Below are positions 7,755 to 16,657 of a stretch of 44,435 nt of DNA, piece by piece. This DNA comes from a virus (Duplodnaviria; Caudoviricetes), in the IMG/VR virus record IMGVR_UViG_3300021476_000009, positions 1 through 44,435 of that record, one strand, 5' to 3'. Under the pieces are notes generated by a model. It had not been told where the DNA came from. It made no database searches and worked only from the letters and a program-made list of their open reading frames with translations. How positions within the stretch are numbered: the first letter of the stretch is position 1; each line of letters starts with the position of its first letter. The position numbers were made by a program, and so were the translations under genes.

Positions 7755-8646
7755 TGATATCTTACTTGAGTCAAATACGTCAATCTTGATGAAAGGCGCA
7801 CCAGGATTCGGTAAGACTCTAGCAGCAGCATCATTCTCTCTCGGAGGAACAATATACATATCATACTGGGATAAGAAGAAACCGTTTGAATTGGTTCACT
7901 TTTTTAAGAGTGTTATCAAAAGGCCAGAACTACTAGAACGAATCGAATTCGATGTATATGGTTCTAATAATGCAAACGAGTATCTGAATAAGATGATTAC
8001 ACTTGCAAAAGACTGCAGATATTTCGCAATAATCAATGACTCAATTACACAGATGACCAGTGCAGCCGTTAACTGGTCACTAGGGTTCAGAGACAATAGA
8101 AAGAATAAAGATAAGGACCGTATCGTACCAGATTTTGACGAGTACAAAGTCGAGACGAGTCTAGTCACACAATCATTAGATATCTGTAGAACGTTGCCAT
8201 GTCATGTAATCTGGACGGCACATCCACTTCCAAGTATTAAAATTGAAGGTTCAGGAAGCAACATCACAATAACCAAAACTAATCCTATTGTAACTTATGG
8301 AAGTAAAGTAGCTGGAATCGTCCCAGGCAACTTTAGTGAAATCTATCAGTTTGCTAAACAAAGCTCATGGGGTGATGGCAAAACTTCAACTAAGTATGTA
8401 GTTAGCTTTGATGCTGTAGGAGATGACTATGCAAAAAGCAACATAGGACTAAAAGGAACTATAGATATTACTGACCGACTCTTCTACGAAGTTTGGAAAG
8501 AAAAGGTTACTCAGTTCAGAAAGGAGATGGAGGATGACCTAACCGCAAAAGATGAAACTACTAGATTCAAACTCCCAACAACAGTAGTAAACCAAACAAA
8601 CCAAACTCAAACACCGTGGAAACCTAAACACATAGTGGAGACCTAA
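7744..8646 (+). CDS. Sak4-like (AAA_24-type) ATPase/recombinase
   Basis: Walker A GAPGFGKT, Walker B IINDS, HVIWTAH; located between the exonuclease and the SSB-like gene. Confidence 0.8.
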   Translation: MKASDILLESNTSILMKGAPGFGKTLAAASFSLGGTIYISYWDKKKPFELVHFFKSVIKRPELLERIEFDVYGSNNANEYLNKMITLAKDCRYFAIINDSITQMTSAAVNWSLGFRDNRKNKDKDRIVPDFDEYKVETSLVTQSLDICRTLPCHVIWTAHPLPSIKIEGSGSNITITKTNPIVTYGSKVAGIVPGNFSEIYQFAKQSSWGDGKTSTKYVVSFDAVGDDYAKSNIGLKGTIDITDRLFYEVWKEKVTQFRKEMEDDLTAKDETTRFKLPTTVVNQTNQTQTPWKPKHIVET

Positions 8647-8647
8647 A

Positions 8648-9049
8648 ATGTCAAGAAGCTGGATTGTAACACCCGACGATTTGAAAAAGGGCGATTTAGC
8701 CGAAGTTGGCTGGCATCCTGCAGAAATCACAAAGTATGAATCTGGTGAAGCTGGAGAAGATGCAAAGAATCCTGGTAGTGCAACATGCACATTTCATTTC
8801 AAGATTCTAGACGGACCTAGCAAAGGTGTCACATGCCGTCGTCTCTTCTCCGAGACGGCATGGGGTTTTGCTAAGACATTCTTTGCTACGATGGGATTTC
8901 CAAAGGATGCTAAAGGTAACTACCAGGTTAGTGAAGACATCTTTGAATCAACCGTCGGTCACAATCTAATGATTTATATCAAGAGAGGTAAGAGTAATAA
9001 GGGTAATGAGTTCAATGATGTTCAGGATTTCAAACCGTTGGCAGCATAG
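8648..9049 (+). CDS. Single-stranded DNA-binding-like protein (DUF669-like OB fold)
   Basis: GWHPAEI...F.FKILDGP.KG pattern and its position after Sak4. Confidence 0.7.
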   Translation: MSRSWIVTPDDLKKGDLAEVGWHPAEITKYESGEAGEDAKNPGSATCTFHFKILDGPSKGVTCRRLFSETAWGFAKTFFATMGFPKDAKGNYQVSEDIFESTVGHNLMIYIKRGKSNKGNEFNDVQDFKPLAA

Positions 9050-9057
9050 TTATTAAA

Positions 9058-9276
9058 ATGATTACCGATGATGATTTGAAAAACTGGTTTACACACCATG
9101 CACCAGATATCTCTCAACTTCCAAAATATCGAGCTATCAGAGAAGCTGGAGCTCATCTGGCAAGGGTTATAGTTGATTGTACTCCCGAATGTGCAGACCA
9201 AACAGCAGCTGTCAGAAAGGTTCGCGAAGCTGTTATAACTGCAAATGCAGCAATAGCATGTAATGAACTAGAATAA
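9058..9276 (+). CDS. Acb2/Tad1-like helical-hairpin protein (candidate anti-defence sponge)
   Basis: WFTHHAP...Y.AIR....LA..I...P....T.A.RK.REAV..ANAAIA pattern, recognised from memory of this family. Confidence 0.55.
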   Translation: MITDDDLKNWFTHHAPDISQLPKYRAIREAGAHLARVIVDCTPECADQTAAVRKVREAVITANAAIACNELE

Positions 9277-9297
9277 TGAAAGAGTCTTAAGGACGCG

Positions 9298-9392
9298 AGA
9301 TTACAGCCCACAGATAGCCTCTGAATATGTTGAATAAGAAGCCTAGCTAATTCTAATGGGTTAGCTAGTCACATATCTGTGGGCTGTAATCT
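9298..9392. repeat. 19-bp perfect inverted repeat enclosing an inner hairpin
   Basis: AGATTACAGCCCACAGATA (9298-9316) pairs with TATCTGTGGGCTGTAATCT (9374-9392). Inner stem CTAGCTAA...TTAGCTAG at 9343-9368. Confidence 0.85.
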
Positions 9393-9445
9393 AGTTAAAT
9401 CGCTAGTTCAAAAATAAACAATCTAGCCCTGTCGTAGTGGGAGAA

Positions 9446-9712
9446 ATGTCATCACCAATAAAACCACATTGGTTAGACAGAGCAATAGAAGTATATAGAT
9501 TTCATGTAGCTCAATGTAAGGTTGAAAGTAGTTGGACTATTTCCAAAACAGCTACAGTCTTGAATAGGTCATTTGGTTCTGTTCAACAAGATATAATGCT
9601 GGCTGGTTGGTCAATTACTCATGATAAGCAGTTAAGAAGATTTAGAAGCATGAGAGATGCATTAGCATTTGTTAAGGATAAAGAGAAAGAGATGAGAATG
9701 AGGGAGATATGA
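9446..9712 (+). CDS. Helix-turn-helix DNA-binding protein (ParB/KorB-type HTH-like)
   Basis: WTISKTATVLNRSFGSVQQDIMLA fits an HTH pattern; GGGAG SD before the ATG at 9446. Confidence 0.6.
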   Translation: MSSPIKPHWLDRAIEVYRFHVAQCKVESSWTISKTATVLNRSFGSVQQDIMLAGWSITHDKQLRRFRSMRDALAFVKDKEKEMRMREI

Positions 9713-10173
9713 ATCCTAACTTTATTAGCTTAATTAATCGATTTCATGTAAGGACTCGAATAGAAAGTAAGCACTGGATTTGGCTAGGTGCAGTCAACAG
9801 AAAAACTGGCCATTCTCTGGTAAAGATAGACAAGCATCAATACTACCTGCACAGGTATATGTTTTGTTTGTTACACAAGCTAGATTATAGAGATTACAGT
9901 TTCACTGTTAATCATATCTGTAATATTCCTAGATGCTGGTCTCCATTATGCCTATATAAGGGAACAATGTCAGAAAATATGCAAGATTACGTAAGAACTG
10001 GGAAACATCACGAGTCTAACAAGACACATTGTCCTAGAGGACATAGACTATGGTTTAGGGCTAAGAGTGGAAAAAGAGTCTGTTTAGAATGTAATAGAAT
10101 AAGAGACCATAATAGAAAGAGGTATACTAAGAATGGATATAGGTTTACTGTTCCTGGAACGAGAAAAATATGA
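9709..10173 (+). CDS. HNH homing endonuclease
   Basis: HWIW.G, LHR, VNHICNIPRC...GT..EN..D, and the C-terminal KTHCPRGH...CLECNR zinc module. Confidence 0.85.
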   Translation: MNPNFISLINRFHVRTRIESKHWIWLGAVNRKTGHSLVKIDKHQYYLHRYMFCLLHKLDYRDYSFTVNHICNIPRCWSPLCLYKGTMSENMQDYVRTGKHHESNKTHCPRGHRLWFRAKSGKRVCLECNRIRDHNRKRYTKNGYRFTVPGTRKI

Positions 10174-13100
10174 GTCCACGGCATGTTTGTGGAATCGGAC
10201 CGTTAGAGCCAGACTTGATGATTGTGGGCGAAGCTCCTGGTAAGTATGAAGATGAACAGGGGATTCCATTTGTAGGGCCTAGTGGAGAGATAGTTAATGA
10301 CTGTTTAGAAAGGGCAGGAATTAAACGAGGAGAAGTATACATTACAAATGTAAGTAAGTATCGTCCACCAATGAACAACTTCGATGAATTACATTTAATA
10401 GGCATTAACATAGATGAGCAAGTAAAGGAGCTTTGGGAGAATGAGATACATGCCAGAAGACCTAAAACAATACTTGCAGTTGGCCACCGAGCTATGCGAG
10501 CCGTTATGGGGTGGCCAGTTATATTTGATGAAAAGAAAGATAACTACAAGATACTAGACTATAGAGGTAGCATCCTAACGGCTAGAGATGGGGTTACTAA
10601 AGTCGTTCCAACAATCCATCCTGCAGCATTGTTCAGTCACAATAATAGGGGTGGATTAGAATACACTTATTTAAAGTTAATTGAAGCCGACTTTCAGCGA
10701 GCCGTTGAAGAGTCTAGAACTAGGAGATTAGAACTACCTGAAAGGCAATTAGATGTCTGTAATAGCTCTCTACAAGCATATCGATTCTTCTCTCAGTATG
10801 AGAAGCTCGACAAAGCTACTATGGATATTGAGTCAATTAATTGTGTGCCTGTTTGTGTCGGTTTTGCTTTTAATCATCATCATGCAATTTCTCTGCCTCT
10901 TCTACGTCATGTAGGTAAACATAAGCTTACAGACATGGGAGACCTTGAACTAAATGAAATTTGGAGACTAGTCGATAAGGGGTTACGTAAGAATAGATTA
11001 GTTGGCCACAATCTTAAGTATGATGAGTTTAAGTTGGGCTTAATAGGGTTTGAATGTCCTAGAGTTTATAGTGATACATTAATTAAGACAAGGGTTATAT
11101 TCCCTGAACTACCGGATAAAAGGCTATGTTGTGTCAGCAGTTTATGGACCAGAGAGCCTTACTATAAGGATGAGGGGAAGGAATTCAAGCTTGGAAAAAA
11201 TCCCATTGACCAGTTATTCAGATATAATGCTAAGGATTGTGTAGTTGAATTTGAAGTTGATGAAGAGCAAGATTGTGACTTAGATGCACTAAGCGATCAA
11301 TATCATATACCACTAAAGAGTTATTATTATGATTATATGATGAAGAAACATAAGTTCTACTTGAAGCTGGAGAATACAGGCTTTCTGATTGATCTCGAAC
11401 GAAAAAGAGAACTACACAAAAAGTATACTGGGATGGCTCTAGAAGTACATAGTAAGATTACTGAAGCCGTTGGTCATGAAGTTAATGTTAACAGTTATCC
11501 ACAGATGTTTGACTTGTTATATCGAGAAATGAAATTTAAGTTGATGAGGAGAAATCCAACATCAGAGGATACATTAGTTCAATTATTGGGGAACCATGCT
11601 AAAACACCAGAAAGAAAGGCACTCATTGAGAACTTACTCGAAGAGAGGAGAATTAGGACGCAAAAGAGTAGATATATCGATTTTAGTCCAGATTACGACG
11701 GAAGATGCAAGTCCTCTTTCAATATATCAGCAACTGAGACTTGTAGATCTTCTACGTCGATTCTTAAGAAGCCGATTCGTCCCAAGAAAATTGGATTGGC
11801 ATTTCACACGATCTCAAAGCATGGTCGCCTCGCTAAGGATATTCGCTCAATGTTCATTCCGGATAAAGGAACCATATTTCTTTCGGCAGACAGCAGCCAA
11901 GCTGAAGCAAGAATAGTAGCCGTTCTCGCAGAGGATTTTGAATTATTAAAAGCATTTGATACTGTAGACATACACCGCCGAACGGCTGGATTGATTTTTG
12001 GTTATACTAGCAAATTAATCCTTACAAATGAAAGGGTTCCAGTTGTCGACATATTAGAAAAAGATGGACCAGAGAGGTTTTGTGGAAAAAAGGCCCAACC
12101 GCTAGATTCACAAATATTAACTCCAACAGGATGGGTATTAATGGGCAATATTTGTGTTGGAGACAATATTATTAATTCGTTCGGGCTGCCTAGTAAAGTC
12201 ATTGGAGTATATCCTCAAGGTGAGTTAGATATTTATGATGTAGAATTTAGTGACGGCGGCAAAACACAATGCTGTTCAGAGCATCTATGGAAGTATAATT
12301 CTGGTTATAGTAATATGCTCAAATCCGGCTGGAAAATATCTCAGCTTAAAGATATTAAATCTCTAAGCAATTCAAGAGGAAACCCAACTAAATTTATACC
12401 AATACCCAGACCAATTCATTTCTCTAAAAGAAATGATAACTTAGAAATTAGTCCCTATGTGCTAGGGCTACTGATTGGTGATGGATGCTTCTCTATTCCA
12501 TATGGTTTGACATTTACAACAGCAGATGAGGAATTAATCGATTATGTAGAAGATGAGCTGAGAAGATTAAAGATAGGATTTAATAAGAAGTCTAAGATTG
12601 GTTACTACATTGATGCCCCAATGAGATATATAATTGACTCTTATGGCCTAGGAGGACGTAAATCAAATTCTAAATTTGTGCCAGAAAAGTATAAAATGTC
12701 GTCCGTAGAGAATAGAAGATTAATATTAGCTGGATTATTAGATACGGATGGGACATTAGATAAATCTGGAAGACATACAGAGTTTTGCACCACATCAGAA
12801 AGGTTGGCTAACGATGTAGCTTTCATAGTTAGATCGCTAGGTGGAATTGCTTCAATTAGTATAAAACATCCTAAGTACTCATACAAAGGGCAGATCAGAA
12901 GTGGTAAATTAGCATATAGAGTATATATAAATGTTAATTTTAATCCGTTTAGGCTTACAAGAAAAGAGTCTATATGGAAACCAACAAATAAATATAGGAG
13001 TATAAAATCAATCAAATTTTCCGGTAGAAAGGAGTGCCAGTGTATTGCGGTGGAGTCAGATGATCATTTATATATAACAGATGACTTCATCGTAACGCAC

Positions 13101-13673
13101 AATACTAGGCATGCAGGCAATTATAATATGGGTAAAAACCGTTTTATGCTTGAGTTCAATACTGATGCTCAGAAGTTTGATATCAACATGTCTATTAGTG
13201 AATGGCGTGCTGGACAGATGCTTGATTTATTTCATCAAGCATCTCCAAAGATTAGGGGAAAGTTTCATAGAGACATCACCGACTGTTTGCAGTCGACAAG
13301 AGCTCTTATTGACCCGTTTGGTGGGTTACGTATATTCAATGGACGCATGGATGATGAATTATACAAGGAAGGCTTTGCAAACATTCCACAAAGAACAGTA
13401 GCTCATTTGGTTCAAGGTGCTGGATTAAAGATAGATGAAGAACTAAAAGGAGATGTTGCATTTTTATGGTTAAGTGAAGATCATGATAGCTTAAAGATGC
13501 TTGTCCCGTCTAATAACTGGGAACCATATGCAAGGTTAATGAAGAAACATTTTGAAGCTCCAATTAACTTTTCAACTTACTGTAGTTTGAAGAGAGATTA
13601 TATACTGACTATTCCATGTGAAATTGAAATGAGTGAGACTAACTACGGAGAAATACATAAGGTGAAAATATGA
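10170..13673 (+). CDS. polA: Family A DNA polymerase fused to an N-terminal family-4-like uracil-DNA glycosylase; intein-containing
   Basis: UDG: GEAPG, PFVGPSG, TNV.K.RPP, HPAA. Exonuclease: DIES, HNLKYD, YNAKD. Polymerase: motif A DSSQAE, motif B RFCGKK/TRHAGNY, motif C HDS. Confidence 0.93.
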   Translation: MSPRHVCGIGPLEPDLMIVGEAPGKYEDEQGIPFVGPSGEIVNDCLERAGIKRGEVYITNVSKYRPPMNNFDELHLIGINIDEQVKELWENEIHARRPKTILAVGHRAMRAVMGWPVIFDEKKDNYKILDYRGSILTARDGVTKVVPTIHPAALFSHNNRGGLEYTYLKLIEADFQRAVEESRTRRLELPERQLDVCNSSLQAYRFFSQYEKLDKATMDIESINCVPVCVGFAFNHHHAISLPLLRHVGKHKLTDMGDLELNEIWRLVDKGLRKNRLVGHNLKYDEFKLGLIGFECPRVYSDTLIKTRVIFPELPDKRLCCVSSLWTREPYYKDEGKEFKLGKNPIDQLFRYNAKDCVVEFEVDEEQDCDLDALSDQYHIPLKSYYYDYMMKKHKFYLKLENTGFLIDLERKRELHKKYTGMALEVHSKITEAVGHEVNVNSYPQMFDLLYREMKFKLMRRNPTSEDTLVQLLGNHAKTPERKALIENLLEERRIRTQKSRYIDFSPDYDGRCKSSFNISATETCRSSTSILKKPIRPKKIGLAFHTISKHGRLAKDIRSMFIPDKGTIFLSADSSQAEARIVAVLAEDFELLKAFDTVDIHRRTAGLIFGYTSKLILTNERVPVVDILEKDGPERFCGKKAQPLDSQILTPTGWVLMGNICVGDNIINSFGLPSKVIGVYPQGELDIYDVEFSDGGKTQCCSEHLWKYNSGYSNMLKSGWKISQLKDIKSLSNSRGNPTKFIPIPRPIHFSKRNDNLEISPYVLGLLIGDGCFSIPYGLTFTTADEELIDYVEDELRRLKIGFNKKSKIGYYIDAPMRYIIDSYGLGGRKSNSKFVPEKYKMSSVENRRLILAGLLDTDGTLDKSGRHTEFCTTSERLANDVAFIVRSLGGIASISIKHPKYSYKGQIRSGKLAYRVYINVNFNPFRLTRKESIWKPTNKYRSIKSIKFSGRKECQCIAVESDDHLYITDDFIVTHNTRHAGNYNMGKNRFMLEFNTDAQKFDINMSISEWRAGQMLDLFHQASPKIRGKFHRDITDCLQSTRALIDPFGGLRIFNGRMDDELYKEGFANIPQRTVAHLVQGAGLKIDEELKGDVAFLWLSEDHDSLKMLVPSNNWEPYARLMKKHFEAPINFSTYCSLKRDYILTIPCEIEMSETNYGEIHKVKI
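12093..13103 (+). mobile_element. Intein (337 aa) with LAGLIDADG homing endonuclease, class 3-type
   Basis: Starts AQPLDSQILTPTGW and ends VTHN|T. W-C-T signature (HLW, CQCI, VTHN). LAGLIDADG motifs LGLLIGDG and LAGLLDTDG. Confidence 0.92.
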
Positions 13674-13909
13674 TTAAATTCATAGCAGAAAGAGACGGTA
13701 AACGTCTATTGGGTATAGTTCTACTTGAAGAGAATATTATAAGACTTAGGAAGAAAATGCCAATTCTATTCAAAGCAAAGGATATGGAATTGCCAAGTAT
13801 TAATGCTGATGAAGTTTTAATTTGCTTCTTCAAAACAGAAGGGGAAGCTATTGATTTCTTCACTAAAAATGGGCTTGTAAAACCAGAACAGATAGTCGTC
13901 CAGAGGTAA
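13670..13909 (+). CDS. Hypothetical protein
   Basis: ATGA overlap with the polymerase gene. Confidence 0.7.
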   Translation: MIKFIAERDGKRLLGIVLLEENIIRLRKKMPILFKAKDMELPSINADEVLICFFKTEGEAIDFFTKNGLVKPEQIVVQR

Positions 13910-13912
13910 AAA

Positions 13913-14116
13913 ATGATACCAAATGATTTTGAAGCAAGATGTAGTATGATTGAATATATGCTTCAGATGCTAGAAGATGAGGATGGATTGACAGAGTGGG
14001 AAGAGAACTTTGTAGAATCAGTTAGTAATCAATTTGAGAAGAATAAACAATTTAGTAAAACTCTATCTGACAGGCAGTGTGAGATACTTGAGAGAATTTA
14101 CGATAAATACAACTAG
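13913..14116 (+). CDS. Hypothetical protein
   Basis: GAGG SD; LTEWE..F..SV...LSDRQ..IL..IY, a motif common in small phage proteins. Confidence 0.75.
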   Translation: MIPNDFEARCSMIEYMLQMLEDEDGLTEWEENFVESVSNQFEKNKQFSKTLSDRQCEILERIYDKYN

Positions 14117-14169
14117 GTGAATTATGAAATTTAGAAGATGCCTAAGATGCTATAATAAATCCAGAAAGG

Positions 14170-14400
14170 TTGGGTAAATATATTATCTGTATAATTGCAG
14201 GTGACTACCAGGAAGCATTAAGATTTGCCAGTGGACAACTGCTGTCTAATTCCGAATGGTTTTTCCCGGCTGATGAAGATGATTTAAAGAGGCACTCTAA
14301 TTTTCATGTTCTAGTAATTGGAACGGCTGGACAGAATGTCCCATCATCATATTTTGAAAGAATCCTTAGAGTAGCCCAGGAAAGAGGAAGAATGAAATGA
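14170..14400 (+). CDS. Hypothetical protein
   Basis: TTG-start ORF within the operon; start position uncertain. Confidence 0.6.
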   Translation: MGKYIICIIAGDYQEALRFASGQLLSNSEWFFPADEDDLKRHSNFHVLVIGTAGQNVPSSYFERILRVAQERGRMK

Positions 14401-14576
14401 ATGATAAGTCTACAGATCAAAAAGCTACTAATTCAGAACTATACAGACTTGATCTAAGTAAAGAGGAGATTAAGATACTTATTCATGCTCTTATAAGGGC
14501 ATGGTATCAGGGAAAAGCCGCTGACACAGCAACAAACCTATTTTACAAACTGAACAACATTGACAAGATGCCGTGA
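14397..14576 (+). CDS. Hypothetical protein (59 aa; not in ORF track)
   Basis: MNDKSTDQKATNSELYRLDLSKEEIKILIHAL...; ATGA and GTGA overlaps with both neighbours. Confidence 0.65.
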   Translation: MNDKSTDQKATNSELYRLDLSKEEIKILIHALIRAWYQGKAADTATNLFYKLNNIDKMP

Positions 14577-15808
14577 CAACAAATTGGGTATCAGACTTAG
14601 TTGCTGAGTGCTCACACGTAGAAACACCAGAGTCATGGTTATATTGGAGTTTCATATCATGTATTAGTGCAACGGCTGGTAACAACTACTATCTAACTAC
14701 TCTCAGCGGTGATGTAATATATAGACCAAATATCTATGTGATGCTACTGGGAGAAAGTGGATTAGGTAAGGGATTTCCAATTAACCGTGCTAAGTTACTT
14801 GCTAGTAAAGCAGGGCATACCAGGGTCATAGCTGGTAGAAGTTCAATTCAGGCAATCATACAAGAGTTGAGTCGAACTAGAACTATTGAAGGAAAAGCTC
14901 CAATATCTGATTCAAGGGGATTTATAGTCAATGGTGAACTTTCTACGGCGATTATTCAAGATCCGGATAGTCTTACAATCCTTACCGACCTATACGACGG
15001 ACATTATAATCCTGAATGGACAAACTTACTTAAAGGTGATGGTGCCGAAAAACTCAAAAACCCATACATCACAGCCTTATTCGGAAGCTCCCCTGCGCAC
15101 TTTTACGATTCTATACCACAAGCGAATATTGAAGGTGGATATATTGGTCGTAATCTTATAATATATGAAGAAAAAAGAGCTAGAGACGTAGACTTATTAG
15201 ATAATGGAGAAGCAAAAGAAGATAATAAATTTGATAACTATATAGTTCCAAAGTACGTTCCACATCTAGATAAGATAGCAAACAAGAAGGGACAGTTAGT
15301 CCCAACAGAAAATGCAAGAACCTTATTTAATACATGGCGAAGGAAATGGAGAAGCACCCAGTCTCCAGATAAAACAGGATTTCTTAATAGAGTTCCAGAT
15401 CATGTATTGAAAGTTTCTATGTGTTTAACCCTATCACGTTATGACTTTGATGGAGTCATAACAGAGGTAGAAATTGAAGAGGCCATTAATAAAGTTACTG
15501 CATTAGTGTATGCAAGTAAAAGAACTACAGAAGGGAGAGGACCAGACCCATTAGCTGTTGCGACCAAACATGTGTTAGATTATCTTATTTTAGCAGAGAA
15601 TCTAAGCCTGACGCGAAGACAATTACTTTGGAAAGGCTATGGAGTTTTCAACAGTTTTACTCTGGAACAGATAACTGAGAACTTGCTAGAGATGGGATGG
15701 ATTAAAAGACAACGAGTCGGAGTTGGAAGAGAGATGGATTGGGAGTACTACTTAGCTGGTGAGCCGTTAGAGAATTATAAGAAATACATGAAAGACAAAC
15801 AAAAATGA
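14573..15808 (+). CDS. DUF3987-like P-loop NTPase (putative replicative helicase)
   Basis: ETPES..YW, PNIYVMLLGESGLGKG (Walker A), LTDLYDG, GGYIGR, and a winged-helix-like C-terminus. Confidence 0.75.
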   Translation: MTTNWVSDLVAECSHVETPESWLYWSFISCISATAGNNYYLTTLSGDVIYRPNIYVMLLGESGLGKGFPINRAKLLASKAGHTRVIAGRSSIQAIIQELSRTRTIEGKAPISDSRGFIVNGELSTAIIQDPDSLTILTDLYDGHYNPEWTNLLKGDGAEKLKNPYITALFGSSPAHFYDSIPQANIEGGYIGRNLIIYEEKRARDVDLLDNGEAKEDNKFDNYIVPKYVPHLDKIANKKGQLVPTENARTLFNTWRRKWRSTQSPDKTGFLNRVPDHVLKVSMCLTLSRYDFDGVITEVEIEEAINKVTALVYASKRTTEGRGPDPLAVATKHVLDYLILAENLSLTRRQLLWKGYGVFNSFTLEQITENLLEMGWIKRQRVGVGREMDWEYYLAGEPLENYKKYMKDKQK

Positions 15809-15996
15809 ATCCTGAAGATATTCCACATCCATATACTGATATTACTACTGATTTTAACTTTAAGCCAAGAAAGGTTAAATGTGTATACTGTAAGTATGAA
15901 ATAGTAACAGCAATACCAAATCCAATATGTGCAATTTGTAATAATCCATTAAGAACAATAGTTCAAGGACTAACTAAGACGATGGAGGAGAAATGA
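15805..15996 (+). CDS. Small zinc-ribbon protein
   Basis: CVYC...CAIC. Confidence 0.65.
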   Translation: MNPEDIPHPYTDITTDFNFKPRKVKCVYCKYEIVTAIPNPICAICNNPLRTIVQGLTKTMEEK

Positions 15997-16211
15997 CTGG
16001 AGTTATCAAATCAATTCAGGAACATAAGCACTTTGGATTTATTAAAGCCGCTGACGGAACAGAATATTTCTTTCATTCATCAGAATATGCTGGGGATTGG
16101 GATTCACTAGTAGCTTTCTTCATCTCATCGGAGAAGGATAAAATCGAAGTTAAGTTTGATGTTACTCCCAGCCCAAAGGGGCCACGAGCGGCTAATGTGA
16201 GGATTGTATGA
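15993..16211 (+). CDS. Cold-shock domain protein
   Basis: MTGVIK, HFGFI (RNP1), YFFHSS (RNP2), KGPRAANV; GGAGGAG SD. Confidence 0.9.
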   Translation: MTGVIKSIQEHKHFGFIKAADGTEYFFHSSEYAGDWDSLVAFFISSEKDKIEVKFDVTPSPKGPRAANVRIV

Positions 16212-16296
16212 TTGATTAACTTTGAGATAGAAGCTAATCAAACCTGAAGAGCCGTTCAGAAGTGTAATGTTATGACGATGAGAAATGGAGAGATCA

Positions 16297-16638
16297 ATGG
16301 CAGAAAAACTGAAACCTAGAATACCAGAATTTATCGAAACACTAGACAGAATCAAGGAGCTTCATATTAGAAAGAACAAAGACTATGCAACCAGTGACAA
16401 TCCTTTTAGCAACTTCGATTTTAGCGAGTACATTCTCTCTTATTTTAGATCTGATAGGGACAAAACCTTTGCTTGGCCCATTAGTACTAAGTTGGCTAGG
16501 ATTGCTAATCTCCTTAATAGCAATAACGATGCTCTCAATGAGTCAGTAGAAGATTCTCTAGATGATATTGCTGTATATGCAATTCTTTGGAAGTGCGATA
16601 TTCTAAGGAGATCTTCTCAAGAAAGAGCTAAAAAGTAG
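16297..16638 (+). CDS. DUF1599/nucleotide-modification-associated all-alpha (MazG-like) protein
   Basis: KNKDYA...PFSNF, K..R..N, ESVEDSL.D.AVY. Confidence 0.7.
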   Translation: MAEKLKPRIPEFIETLDRIKELHIRKNKDYATSDNPFSNFDFSEYILSYFRSDRDKTFAWPISTKLARIANLLNSNNDALNESVEDSLDDIAVYAILWKCDILRRSSQERAKK

Positions 16639-16657
16639 CCTTTTAGTGAACCTTTAG

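Noticed and set aside
16297-16638. Full DNA hypermodification pathway implied by the DUF1599-like gene
   Set aside because: No thymidylate synthase-like, kinase, glycosyltransferase, PurZ or queuosine-pathway genes were found to support it.
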